Below, one piece after another: positions 49,467-59,500 of a stretch of 64,000 bases of DNA (its first letter is position 1; every line of letters starts with the position of its first letter). Source of the DNA: a virus. The notes beneath the pieces were generated by a model that saw only the letters and a program-made list of their open reading frames with translations, did no database searches and was not told the DNA's origin. Location of the stretch: IMG/VR virus record IMGVR_UViG_3300020442_000007, positions 101,480 through 165,479 of that record. One strand, given 5' to 3'. The position numbers were made by a program, and so were the translations under genes.

Positions 49467-49583
49467 TAAATATTGTTAATAGAATATGACCAATGTTCTG
49501 TTTACAAACCGTGGTTAACCAGCGATTGGGAAGGTCAAAACAGGTTAGAGGCACAATAATGATGCCCGTATTGAGGAGAAAAG
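49467..49583 (+). promoter_or_regulatory. Late promoter TAAATA plus a pseudoknotted 5' leader RNA
   Basis: 10-bp hairpin 49478-49502 with a (T)GACCA loop complementary to GGTCA at 49533. AACC/GGTT, CG.TGG/CCA.CG and GGCA/TGCC stems precede the GAGGAG RBS. Confidence 0.7.
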
Positions 49584-51056
49584 ATGGCTGTTGGTCGCAT
49601 ATCCGGTCCGCTTTTAAAGTCAAATCTAGTACGTAACGGTATAGATTTAGCTTTTGAGACAGACCTTTTATATCTTGATGTTAATAATTCACGTCTTGGC
49701 GTAAAAACAAACTCACCTCAATATGAGATGGATGTAAACGGAACTACAAAGACAACAAATTTAATTGCAACTACTGCAACAATTTCAGATATTAATTTCG
49801 AAAACAATACTATTAGTACTACAGGTAACTATTTAAATCTAGGTACTTTAGATGATGTAATTTATCAAAATAAATTATCTATAGATTCTATTGATATCGA
49901 AGGTAACACTATCACAACAAATAATTCTAATGCTAATTTAGAATTTCGTCCTAATGGTACTGGTAAAGTACATATTCATTCTGATTTGAATGTAGACGGA
50001 AGTGTGCATGTAACTGGTAATATTACAGCAGATGGAAACATTACATTAGGAGATGCCGACACAGATTCAATTACAATTAATTCTGAAATAGCAAGCGACT
50101 TAATACCCGATGTCACCGATACTTATAATCTAGGTAATATTAGTAAAAGATGGAACAATGCATGGATTAATAATTTAACTTCTACAGAGGCTAATTTTGG
50201 AGATGTACAAATTAGAGACAACTACATTACAACGTCTGCATCTAATGCTAGTTTGGAATTAAGAGCAAGTGGTACAGGATCCATAGTAGTAGACAGCATC
50301 AGCATTAATGGAAGTACAATAACTTCAGCAACTGATTTGACACTCCAACCAGGAACAGGAAATGATGTTGTTTTGAATTCAACTGGCGCACTAAGATTAC
50401 CAACCGGAACTACAGCCCAAAGACCTACAGCGGCAACAGGAAAAACAAGATATAATACAGATCTTAATACCTTTGAAGGTTATGATGGTACTAACTGGAT
50501 TGTGTTAAATGGAGTACAAGATTTAGATGGTGACACAAAAATTACAGCAGAATTGACACCTGGTGCAAACGATAATACAATAAGATTTAATGTTGCAGGA
50601 AGTACAGTAGCAGATATTACAGCTACAAGGCTGAATGCACCAAAAGTAACAGTTGACAATTTAGTAATTGATGGTAACACTATATCATCTGCTACAAATA
50701 CAAATGTAGAAATTGCACCTGCTGGTACTGGTAAAACACTTTTTAATAATACGATTAGTATTAAAGACAATGTAATAAAAAATGAAGTTACTGATAGTAT
50801 TACACAATTTGCTGTCACAGGTAGTGGATATGTAAAATTTTCAGGCACTAGTGGATTAGTTATTCCTAGTGGAACTTCACTAGAACGTCCACCTTTTGTA
50901 AACAGTGAAACTGGTATGATGAGATTAAATACTGCTGAACAAAGAGTAGAAATTTTTGATGGAACAAGTTGGGTATCAGTTGCAGGATCAGCTTCTGGAA
51001 TTACAACAGCTGATGCAGAAGCGATTGCATTAGAATTGGTATTAAGTTTAGGATAA
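49584..51056 (+). CDS. Tail-fibre-like structural protein
   Basis: Repeated I.GNTI.T...N.NLE..PNGTG units and P.GTT.QRP...RYNT motifs. Confidence 0.75.
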   Translation: MAVGRISGPLLKSNLVRNGIDLAFETDLLYLDVNNSRLGVKTNSPQYEMDVNGTTKTTNLIATTATISDINFENNTISTTGNYLNLGTLDDVIYQNKLSIDSIDIEGNTITTNNSNANLEFRPNGTGKVHIHSDLNVDGSVHVTGNITADGNITLGDADTDSITINSEIASDLIPDVTDTYNLGNISKRWNNAWINNLTSTEANFGDVQIRDNYITTSASNASLELRASGTGSIVVDSISINGSTITSATDLTLQPGTGNDVVLNSTGALRLPTGTTAQRPTAATGKTRYNTDLNTFEGYDGTNWIVLNGVQDLDGDTKITAELTPGANDNTIRFNVAGSTVADITATRLNAPKVTVDNLVIDGNTISSATNTNVEIAPAGTGKTLFNNTISIKDNVIKNEVTDSITQFAVTGSGYVKFSGTSGLVIPSGTSLERPPFVNSETGMMRLNTAEQRVEIFDGTSWVSVAGSASGITTADAEAIALELVLSLG

Positions 51057-51060
51057 TAGT

Positions 51061-51390
51061 ATGGCAACCTTTTTTAGAAGTAAAGTATTAAAAGATGTAG
51101 GAAAAGTTAAAACACCAGGCATTGTGTGTGACGGAGCTACAAGATCTACGATTATTGGAGTAAGTCTTACTAACTTACTACAATCTAATATTTTTGTTAA
51201 TATTATGGTAGCAGATGATACTAGCGTTGAAGGTTTTTATTTAAAGGATGTAATTATACCTCCTAATGCAAGTTTAAAACCATTAGGCCCTGCTGAAAAA
51301 ATTATTTTAGCACCTAACAACAGTATATCTTTTCAATCAAATGAAAACGATAGTTTAGATGTTGTAATAAGTTATGTGGATATTGTATAA
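51061..51390 (+). CDS. Small beta-sandwich virion protein (paralog family A)
   Basis: IGVSLTN...KDVIIPPNASL...EKIILAPNN...DVVISYVDIV. Confidence 0.65.
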   Translation: MATFFRSKVLKDVGKVKTPGIVCDGATRSTIIGVSLTNLLQSNIFVNIMVADDTSVEGFYLKDVIIPPNASLKPLGPAEKIILAPNNSISFQSNENDSLDVVISYVDIV

Positions 51391-51399
51391 GGATAAGTT

Positions 51400-51768
51400 A
51401 TGGCAAATTATATAGGAACAAGTGCAGATCATATTATTGGTTCATTCCAAAATAGATTTTTTTATGGATTACGTAGAACAGATGAAGGTGAACTTTTTAT
51501 AGGTAAAGTGGATCAACTTAAAAATGATGATGAACTAACTTTGAACAAGCCAGGAGATCCTACACAAAACTATCCAGACTTTGCTGAAGGACAAGATTTT
51601 TACGAAGGTAGAGATGTTAACAAAGGGCTTGTGTACGAAAATTTAAACTATGAACAGTTTCGTTGGGACGATAGAAACATCAGTTATTACATTAATTCAG
51701 AAGGCGAATTAGTTGCAAGAGTAGGACAAGATTTTACATATGACGATGGTGCATCGTCAAGTGGATAG
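51400..51768 (+). CDS. Hypothetical virion protein
   Basis: 122 aa, FYGLRRTDEGEL...YEQFRWD...YYINSEGELVAR; inside the fibre operon. Confidence 0.65.
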   Translation: MANYIGTSADHIIGSFQNRFFYGLRRTDEGELFIGKVDQLKNDDELTLNKPGDPTQNYPDFAEGQDFYEGRDVNKGLVYENLNYEQFRWDDRNISYYINSEGELVARVGQDFTYDDGASSSG

Positions 51769-51777
51769 GATAATATA

Positions 51778-54700
51778 ATGGCAGATTTTAGAATTGATAG
51801 AATTAGATTTCGTTGGAAAAATGTTTGGGCTACAGGCACAAACTATGTAAAAGACGATATTGTAATTTACCAAGGAAAGGCTTTTGTAGCCCTAATAGGA
51901 CATACTTCTGACGCAAGTTTTTACACTGACTTAAATGCAACAAGTCCTAAGTGGGTAAAAATGTTAGATGGTTATGAATGGAAAAATAACTGGGCTCCTA
52001 ACACATATTACGATGTAGGAAACATTGTTCAATGGAAAGCATATGTTTACAGAGCATTAACTCCACACACATCAGCAGCTACTACTACACTAGGACTTAC
52101 GTATGATGATTCAAAATGGGAATTAGTTGCTAAAGGTTCTAATTGGTTACACAATTGGACTGTAAGTACAGATTATGATTTAGGAGATGTAGTAAGATAT
52201 AATGGCTATGTATACATGGCTAGCACAAAACACACATCATCTGCTACAGAAGCATTAGGGCTTGAGGCAAATCAAGGAGCATGGACTCAACTTACAAAAT
52301 CTGATCACTGGAGTGGTGACTGGACTAACAATGTAAGATACAAAGTGAGTGATGTTGTAAAGTATGGCGGTATAGTTTACAGAGCAAACACAGGACATAC
52401 AAGTTCAACCCATTTAAGTTCTGACTACGGATATTGGGATATTGTAAATTCAGGTATTGAATATAAAGGTGCTTGGTCTACAAATACTAGATATAAATTA
52501 AATGATGTAATTAAATATGGACCATCTTTATGGAAAGCAAAAGTAGAACATACATCAAGTTCAACTGTTTTTATTGTTGATGAAACAGGAGATCCTAGTA
52601 CAACTAAATGGGATCTATGGCTTCCTGGTTTAGAATATGAAACTGTTTGGAACTATCAAGCACAATATTCAAAAGGTGATATAGTTTTATATGGTGGATA
52701 TGCTTATACTGCTTTAAAAAATAATGTGGGATCAGTTCCAAGTATTAATGGTAAAATACAAGATACAGGCAACTGGGAATTATTAAAAGAAGGATACAGA
52801 CACTTAGGTGATTGGGGAGAAGATAGCAGTAACTACGAATATAAAACAGGAGATGTTGTAAGATTAAACGGATTCTTATATATTTGTCTTACAGACAGCA
52901 CAGGCGAAGTTCCAGATGGATCAATAAAATGGCAAGTACTAGTTACTGGTAGACATCACAGAGGTGAATGGGCAGATAATACACAATACGAAAAAATGGA
53001 TGTTGTGTTATTCGAAGGTAGTGCTTACTTATGTTCAAAGAGACATATATCTTCAGCATCAGGCGCAAGACCAGACTTAGATGTAGACTATACTCAAGAA
53101 GAATTTTGGACACTTTTAATACAAGGTGAAGCTACAAACGTTTTAAGAGAAAGAGGAGATCTTAGAACACACAATTCACAAACTGATAGCTCAATGGCCG
53201 ATGAAAGATTAGCTATTGGATCTGCAGGACAAGTATTAAAAGCAAACAATCCTATTGATGCAACATTAGATACAGGTGAAATTTCTGAATGGGGTAGCTT
53301 TGGTGAGATACCAAAAGTTTTTTATGTATCAACAGCAAATGGAGAAGATAAACCAACAAACGGACGTACAGAAGGTGCACCATGGAAGACTATCAAATAT
53401 GCATGTGATTATATACAAGCAGATTTAGGCAATAGAGCACCAGCATCAGTTTTTATAAAAACAGGAGTATATGAAGAAATACTTCCAATTAGTGTGCCAG
53501 CAGATGTAGCATTAATTGGTGATGAATTAAGAAGCACGTCAGTGTTTCCTAAAGCCGGTTATGAAACAAGCGATATGTTCCGTGTTCGTAATGGTGGCGG
53601 TATTAGAAACATGTCTCTAAACGGGTTAACTGGTACACTAGGTGCTCCTAACAGTTACGGCACACGCCGTCCTACAGCAGGTGCGTATGTGAGTTTAGAT
53701 CCTGGCACAGGACCAGCAGATACTAGTGTTCATATTACAAGTAAATCACCGTATATACAAAACGTTTCAACATTTGGAACAGGTTGTACAGGACTTAGGG
53801 TTGACGGTAGTTTACATAATGCAGGAAATAGATCTATTGTTGCAAACGACTTTACACAGATATTACCAGACGGTATAGGTTATTGGTGTAGTTATAATGG
53901 TAGATCAGAGTTAGTGTCTGTGTTTACATATTATAATCACATAGGATACCTTACAGAATTTGGCGGCAGGGTAAGAGCCACTAACGGAAATAACTCTTAT
54001 GGTGACTTTGGATCAGTTGCAGAAGGAGTAAATCCCGAAGAAACAGCTAAAACAGGTACAGTAAATAATAGATCAAAACATGCACAGGTTCGTGTTGTAG
54101 AAACTAATGGAACATCCGCACTAGCATTTGGTTATAGCAATGCTGGAGAAAACTACACAGGTACGCCAGGAATTAATTTATCTGGATCAGGATATGGTGT
54201 AGTTGCAGGTTTTGAAGAATTAAGAAAAAATGCAGTTAACAGTATTAGAGTTATAGATCCTGGAGATTCAAGTACACCTGGCGGATTAAATTATACATAC
54301 ATTGTAAATAATGCCCAGGAAGGTGATACAACAAGTATAAAATTATCTAATGCAGATACAACTGGTACATCAGCAGCTTATGTTGGTCAAAGAATTGTAA
54401 TTTTATCAGGAGCAGGAGACGGACAATATGCTAGGATCAGTTCATATAATAGCGGTACTAAAGTTGCAACAGTTGAAAGAGAAAGCGATGGTTCAGCAGG
54501 ATGGGAACATATTTACCCAGGATATCCAATAGCAGGAACACTTACTTCTGCAACTAGGTATGCAATAGAACCTAGAGTAGATATTCCAGAGCCAGCATTT
54601 AATTCATCATCCTTGACTGTACCTCATAAAATTGATAGTATCACTGCAAATGATACTAACTTTGTTATTGCAAAAACAGATTTAATTTCATTTTCAGCCA

Positions 54701-56556
54701 ATGCAGGTGGTGCCTGGTCTACCGCTACCGGTGATACTACAGGTAACTGGACCAAAGTTAAAGCAGCCAGAGGAACAAATTACATGCTTGCATTACAAGG
54801 AGGCACAGAAACTACTATTGCATCTGTATCAGGATCAAGTGGACAAACCTGGAGTTACACAACATTAGCAAATGGAGCAAATTGGATTGACGTAGCATTT
54901 AAAGATAATCAATGGATTGCTATTTCAAGTGGTAGTGCTACTGAAACAACAATTAGTACAAACCAAGGAGGATCTTGGAGTGCAGGAACAACTATATCAG
55001 GACAAAACAAATTAATAGAATATGGAAACGGAATATTTGTAATACTTCCTGAATCTGGAAATACTGCGTTAACATCTACAGATGGAACTACTTGGACCAC
55101 AAGAACATTGCCAGTAACGTCAAATTGGCAAGATATGAAGTATGCTAATGGTCGATTTGTTGCTGTAGGTAACAGTGATTCAAAAATTATATTCAGCTTA
55201 GACGGGATAACATGGGAAGAGGCATTTATTAACATAACAAATTTACAAGATAGTACAACAGGTCTTTGGAACAATCTTGCTTATACACAAGGAGTTTGGT
55301 TATGTTCTAATAGTGCAGATAATACAATTATTACATCTCAATCAGGAAACGTTTGGTCTTCCATATTAGATGACAGTACTACAAAAGCATTTGCTACTAC
55401 TGGTGGTTATGCAGTTGTAGCAGGAGGACTAACAGCAGATGGAATGCCAGCATTTATAGGATCAAAAGGAACAACAGATGCCTGTTCAGTGAATTACGGA
55501 GCTAAACCTTTTATTAGAGCAGACATTTCAGGATCTCGTGTTTCAGGCTTTACAATTTATGATCCAGGAAGTGGATATAGTACTGCACCTACAATTACAA
55601 TTTATGATTATGCTAATACAATTGATGCTGTGTATACAGTAAGAGTAGCGGCAAACGGAGTACTAGGACAACCTGTGTTTACAGCTAGAGGGTTAGATTG
55701 GAATGTGGCTTCAGCCACAATTACAGGATCGGGCTTTGCAGAAGAATTCCAAACAGGACAACAGATTGTTTTAACAGGAGTCACACAAGTACCAGGACCT
55801 GGCGAAAACTTTATTATCAACGGCATTGATGATATAATTTATAAAGTTGTAAGTATAGATGCTCAATCAGGTGCTGGACCTTATGATTTAACAATAAAAG
55901 TTGATCCAGCAATAGGCAATGCTGAATCACCAACTCATGGTACAAGTATCGAACTTAGAGAAAACTACAGTCAAATAAGATTGACAGGTCATGACTTCCT
56001 TGATATAGGTACAGGTAACTTTAGCGAAACTAATTATCCTATATTATACACAGACGGCTATGATTTCAATGCAGGATTTGAACCAAAACAATTTAATGAA
56101 GTTGTTGAACAAGGTGGCGGTAGAGTATTTTATACTTCAACAGACCAAGATGGTAACTTTAGAGCAGGTGAACAATTCTTAGTTGAACAGGCTACAGGAA
56201 TTATTACTTTAAATTCTAGCTTGTTTAATTTTTCAGGATTGCAGAGCTTAACACTAGGCGGAGTTGTGATAGGTGGAACAGCAGTTGTAATCAATGAATT
56301 TAGTAAAGAACAAACATTTATTGCAAATTCTAATAATATTGTGCCTACACAAAGAGCTATCGCAGCATATGTAGCGTCAAGAGTTAGTGGCGGAGGATCT
56401 AATGCAAGTACAAATACTTTGAATGTAGGACAGATTACAGTTTCAAACAACAATATTAATCAGACTGCGAGTACTACAATTCAAGTACCGCAAAAAATGA
56501 TAATAAAAGGTGGAGCAGATGGGCATTATTTATCAAGCATGTATTTTTCTGCATAA
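51778..56556 (+). CDS. Large tail fibre/spike with CBM5/12-like repeats, a beta-helix and a propeller-like insert
   Basis: N-terminal W.....Y...D.V.Y.G..Y repeats, VFYVS...PWKTIKYA...GVYEE.LPI.VP..VALIGDELR beta-helix entry, and S.DG.TW (BNR-like) repeats. Confidence 0.8.
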   Translation: MADFRIDRIRFRWKNVWATGTNYVKDDIVIYQGKAFVALIGHTSDASFYTDLNATSPKWVKMLDGYEWKNNWAPNTYYDVGNIVQWKAYVYRALTPHTSAATTTLGLTYDDSKWELVAKGSNWLHNWTVSTDYDLGDVVRYNGYVYMASTKHTSSATEALGLEANQGAWTQLTKSDHWSGDWTNNVRYKVSDVVKYGGIVYRANTGHTSSTHLSSDYGYWDIVNSGIEYKGAWSTNTRYKLNDVIKYGPSLWKAKVEHTSSSTVFIVDETGDPSTTKWDLWLPGLEYETVWNYQAQYSKGDIVLYGGYAYTALKNNVGSVPSINGKIQDTGNWELLKEGYRHLGDWGEDSSNYEYKTGDVVRLNGFLYICLTDSTGEVPDGSIKWQVLVTGRHHRGEWADNTQYEKMDVVLFEGSAYLCSKRHISSASGARPDLDVDYTQEEFWTLLIQGEATNVLRERGDLRTHNSQTDSSMADERLAIGSAGQVLKANNPIDATLDTGEISEWGSFGEIPKVFYVSTANGEDKPTNGRTEGAPWKTIKYACDYIQADLGNRAPASVFIKTGVYEEILPISVPADVALIGDELRSTSVFPKAGYETSDMFRVRNGGGIRNMSLNGLTGTLGAPNSYGTRRPTAGAYVSLDPGTGPADTSVHITSKSPYIQNVSTFGTGCTGLRVDGSLHNAGNRSIVANDFTQILPDGIGYWCSYNGRSELVSVFTYYNHIGYLTEFGGRVRATNGNNSYGDFGSVAEGVNPEETAKTGTVNNRSKHAQVRVVETNGTSALAFGYSNAGENYTGTPGINLSGSGYGVVAGFEELRKNAVNSIRVIDPGDSSTPGGLNYTYIVNNAQEGDTTSIKLSNADTTGTSAAYVGQRIVILSGAGDGQYARISSYNSGTKVATVERESDGSAGWEHIYPGYPIAGTLTSATRYAIEPRVDIPEPAFNSSSLTVPHKIDSITANDTNFVIAKTDLISFSANAGGAWSTATGDTTGNWTKVKAARGTNYMLALQGGTETTIASVSGSSGQTWSYTTLANGANWIDVAFKDNQWIAISSGSATETTISTNQGGSWSAGTTISGQNKLIEYGNGIFVILPESGNTALTSTDGTTWTTRTLPVTSNWQDMKYANGRFVAVGNSDSKIIFSLDGITWEEAFINITNLQDSTTGLWNNLAYTQGVWLCSNSADNTIITSQSGNVWSSILDDSTTKAFATTGGYAVVAGGLTADGMPAFIGSKGTTDACSVNYGAKPFIRADISGSRVSGFTIYDPGSGYSTAPTITIYDYANTIDAVYTVRVAANGVLGQPVFTARGLDWNVASATITGSGFAEEFQTGQQIVLTGVTQVPGPGENFIINGIDDIIYKVVSIDAQSGAGPYDLTIKVDPAIGNAESPTHGTSIELRENYSQIRLTGHDFLDIGTGNFSETNYPILYTDGYDFNAGFEPKQFNEVVEQGGGRVFYTSTDQDGNFRAGEQFLVEQATGIITLNSSLFNFSGLQSLTLGGVVIGGTAVVINEFSKEQTFIANSNNIVPTQRAIAAYVASRVSGGGSNASTNTLNVGQITVSNNNINQTASTTIQVPQKMIIKGGADGHYLSSMYFSA

Positions 56557-56570
56557 TGATAAAAATGGCA

Positions 56571-56576
56571 TAAATA
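56571..56576 (+). promoter_or_regulatory. Late promoter core TAAATA
   Basis: caTAAATAt followed by a GGAG RBS and ATG 56595. Confidence 0.6.
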
Positions 56577-56594
56577 TTAAAAACGGAGTAACAA

Positions 56595-59500
56595 ATGGCT
56601 GAATTTAAACTAGGTAGAATACGATTTATATGGAAAGGTGACTGGGTTACCTCGACTACATATTACAAAGATGATATCGTCAGATATGGCGGTAATACCT
56701 ACATTTGTATAAAAGGTCATACAGCTCCAGCAGACTTTACTACAAGCCAATCATCATATTGGAACAAAATATCAGACGGACAAGATTGGAAGGGATCTTG
56801 GGTAGCCGGTACAGTCTATAAGGTAAATGACGTAGTAGCATACGGTGGTTATCTATACATTGCTAACACAGGACATACAGCGGCCGCAACTGCCACTTTA
56901 GGATTAGAAGCAGATCAAGCTAAATGGGATACCTTCGCAGAAGGATTTAATTATACAAATGATTGGACTACAGATTACAGATACAAAGTCAACGACTTAG
57001 CAAAGTATGGTGGTACTGTATATATTTGTATTACAGGACATACATCAGCTTCAACAACAGCAGATGGCTTAGAAGCAGATCAAGCTAAATGGCAAATATT
57101 TTCAGAAGGTTTCAATTGGAAAAGCGACTGGACAACAAGTTTTAGATACAGAGTAAATGATATTGTTAAGTATGGCGGTATTGTTTATGTTTGTGTAGAA
57201 GGACACACATCAGCATCTACTGCTTCGTCAGGTCTAGAAGCAGACCAAGCAAAATGGCAATTTTCAAATAAAGGTATAGAGTACAAAGGCAACTGGACAG
57301 CCGCTACTAGATATAAAGTAAATGACGTAGTGAAACACGGCGGCGCAATTTGGATTTGTGTAACTTATCATACAAGTCAAACTTATCTAAGTGATGACGA
57401 AGCAAAATGGAATCAATTTGTAGAAGGTTTAGAATTTGAAGATAGTTGGCAAGGTGTAAACAGATATCAACCAGGTGATTTTGTTACATACGGAGGTTAT
57501 TCATATGTAGCTAAAACAAATAATGTAGGAGCTAGACCAACTTCAAGTCCAAGTGATTGGGATTTATTTACAGCAGGATTCCGTTTTATTGGAGATTGGG
57601 GAGACGACAGTTCAAACTATGAATACTTTACAGGTGATGTTGTACGACTTGGGGGATATACATATTTGTGTATTGCAGACAGCTCAGGACATAGACCACC
57701 TAATGCAACTTACTGGCAAAGATTGAACAGCGGTATTGCTTGGAAGAATGCATGGTCCAACTCAACATTATATGATGCAGGTGATTCTGTAAGACAAGGA
57801 ACTAGCAGTTACATTTGTGTGTTAGCTCATACTTCTAATTCAGGAGTAAATGATCCTGCTAACGATTCACTTGGAACATATTGGAATCAACTTGCAGGAG
57901 GTCCAGAAACTGACGTACTTACAACACAAGGTGATCTAGTATACTACAGTGGATCAGGACCAGCAAGATTACCAATTGGAAATGCAGGACAAGTTCTTAC
58001 AGTAAACTCAGCAGGTAATGCACCTGAATGGAGTTATATAGGAAGAATTAACAACATTTTTTATGTAGATGTTAATACCGGACAAAACTTACCGGCATCC
58101 AACTATGGCGTAACATTAGCAAGACCTTGGAAGTCTATAAGATATGCATGTGAACAAGTTCTTGCAGGAGCACTAAGAGAAAATGCAGGATATTTGTTAA
58201 AGCGTAATAGGAACTTTATTGTTGAAGAAGCTGTACAGTATGCAGTTAATAAAACTGCTGGCGGCGCAGGTATTTGGTCAGGATTTAGTTTTAATAGTGC
58301 GGCGCAAATTTCTTTTAGAGCTGACATGGGTAAACTTGTAGATGCAATTATTCATGATATTACACACAATGGAAATAAAGAAACTAGAGATGATGTACTA
58401 AGATATTTCACAGGTGCAAATTTGACAACACCAGTTGCTAACACACTAGGTGTTGCAGGCGTTGTTGATAAAAACAATGAGACTATCAATTACATGCTTA
58501 CTGAAGTTATTGACAAAGTTTTAAGTAACACAGCACCAACCGTAAACTATCAAACTACAAATAGTTTTACTCCAGCTCACGCACAAGTTATTGATTCAAA
58601 TTACACAGAAGAATCAGATGCACAATCAACAGTAAACACTCTTATTGGTATTTTAACTGCGGCACTAACAGCAGGTGTTACAACAAATATTCCTGCAGAA
58701 AGAATAGCAAACAATAGTATATTTGTTAAAACAGGACTATTCAACGAACACTTACCAATTATTGTTCCAAGAGAAACAGCAGTTATTGGAGACGAATTAC
58801 GTGGCACAAAAGTTGCAGCTTCAGCGGCTGTAACAAGTGCATCAGATACTCCAAAGAGTATCGCGGCTATACAAAGATTAAAAGCAATTATCAGTGATAT
58901 TTGTACAAATGGTTCTGTTACTAAAACAAGTGGGAACGCTCAAAGCCAAGTTACTTCAAAAGTAGCAGGTTCAGGTGCGGCTGGCACAGCGGCAAATGGA
59001 TTATTCCAACAGCTAGAAGATTACATAAACTTTAAAGTAAATGGAGCAAGTGGAGATTCAACAGTTCCTTTGACAACAGGAACTAACACACCAACTACAG
59101 ATACAGGATATTTGTTTGCACAAGAATGTATTGAAGCTAATAGAGAATTTTTAAAAGCGGAAGCAGTAGCTTTCATAAATGCTACGTATCCAAGTTACAG
59201 CTATGATGAGGCGGCATGTAGACGAGATGTTGATCGATATTTAGATGGTATAATATATGATTTAAAATATACAGGAAATTACAAAACATTACTAAATGCA
59301 AGATACTACTCTAATTCAGTAAATGGTAATGCAAAAGAAGATATGTTCTACATGAGAAATGGTACAGGATTAAGAAATTGTACTATAAGTGGACTATCAG
59401 GAGCATTAGGTTCTGCAAATTCATATGGGACTAAACGTCCAGATGCTGGTGCATTTGTAAGTTTAGATCCAGGTTATGGTCCTGCAGACACAGATGTTCA

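Noticed and set aside
50480-51067. 195-aa antisense ORF and the many other short ORFs overlapping long genes (e.g. 7-357, 22112-22492, 27052-27408)
   Set aside because: Antisense or alternate-frame shadows of well-supported genes, with no RBS or recognisable motifs.
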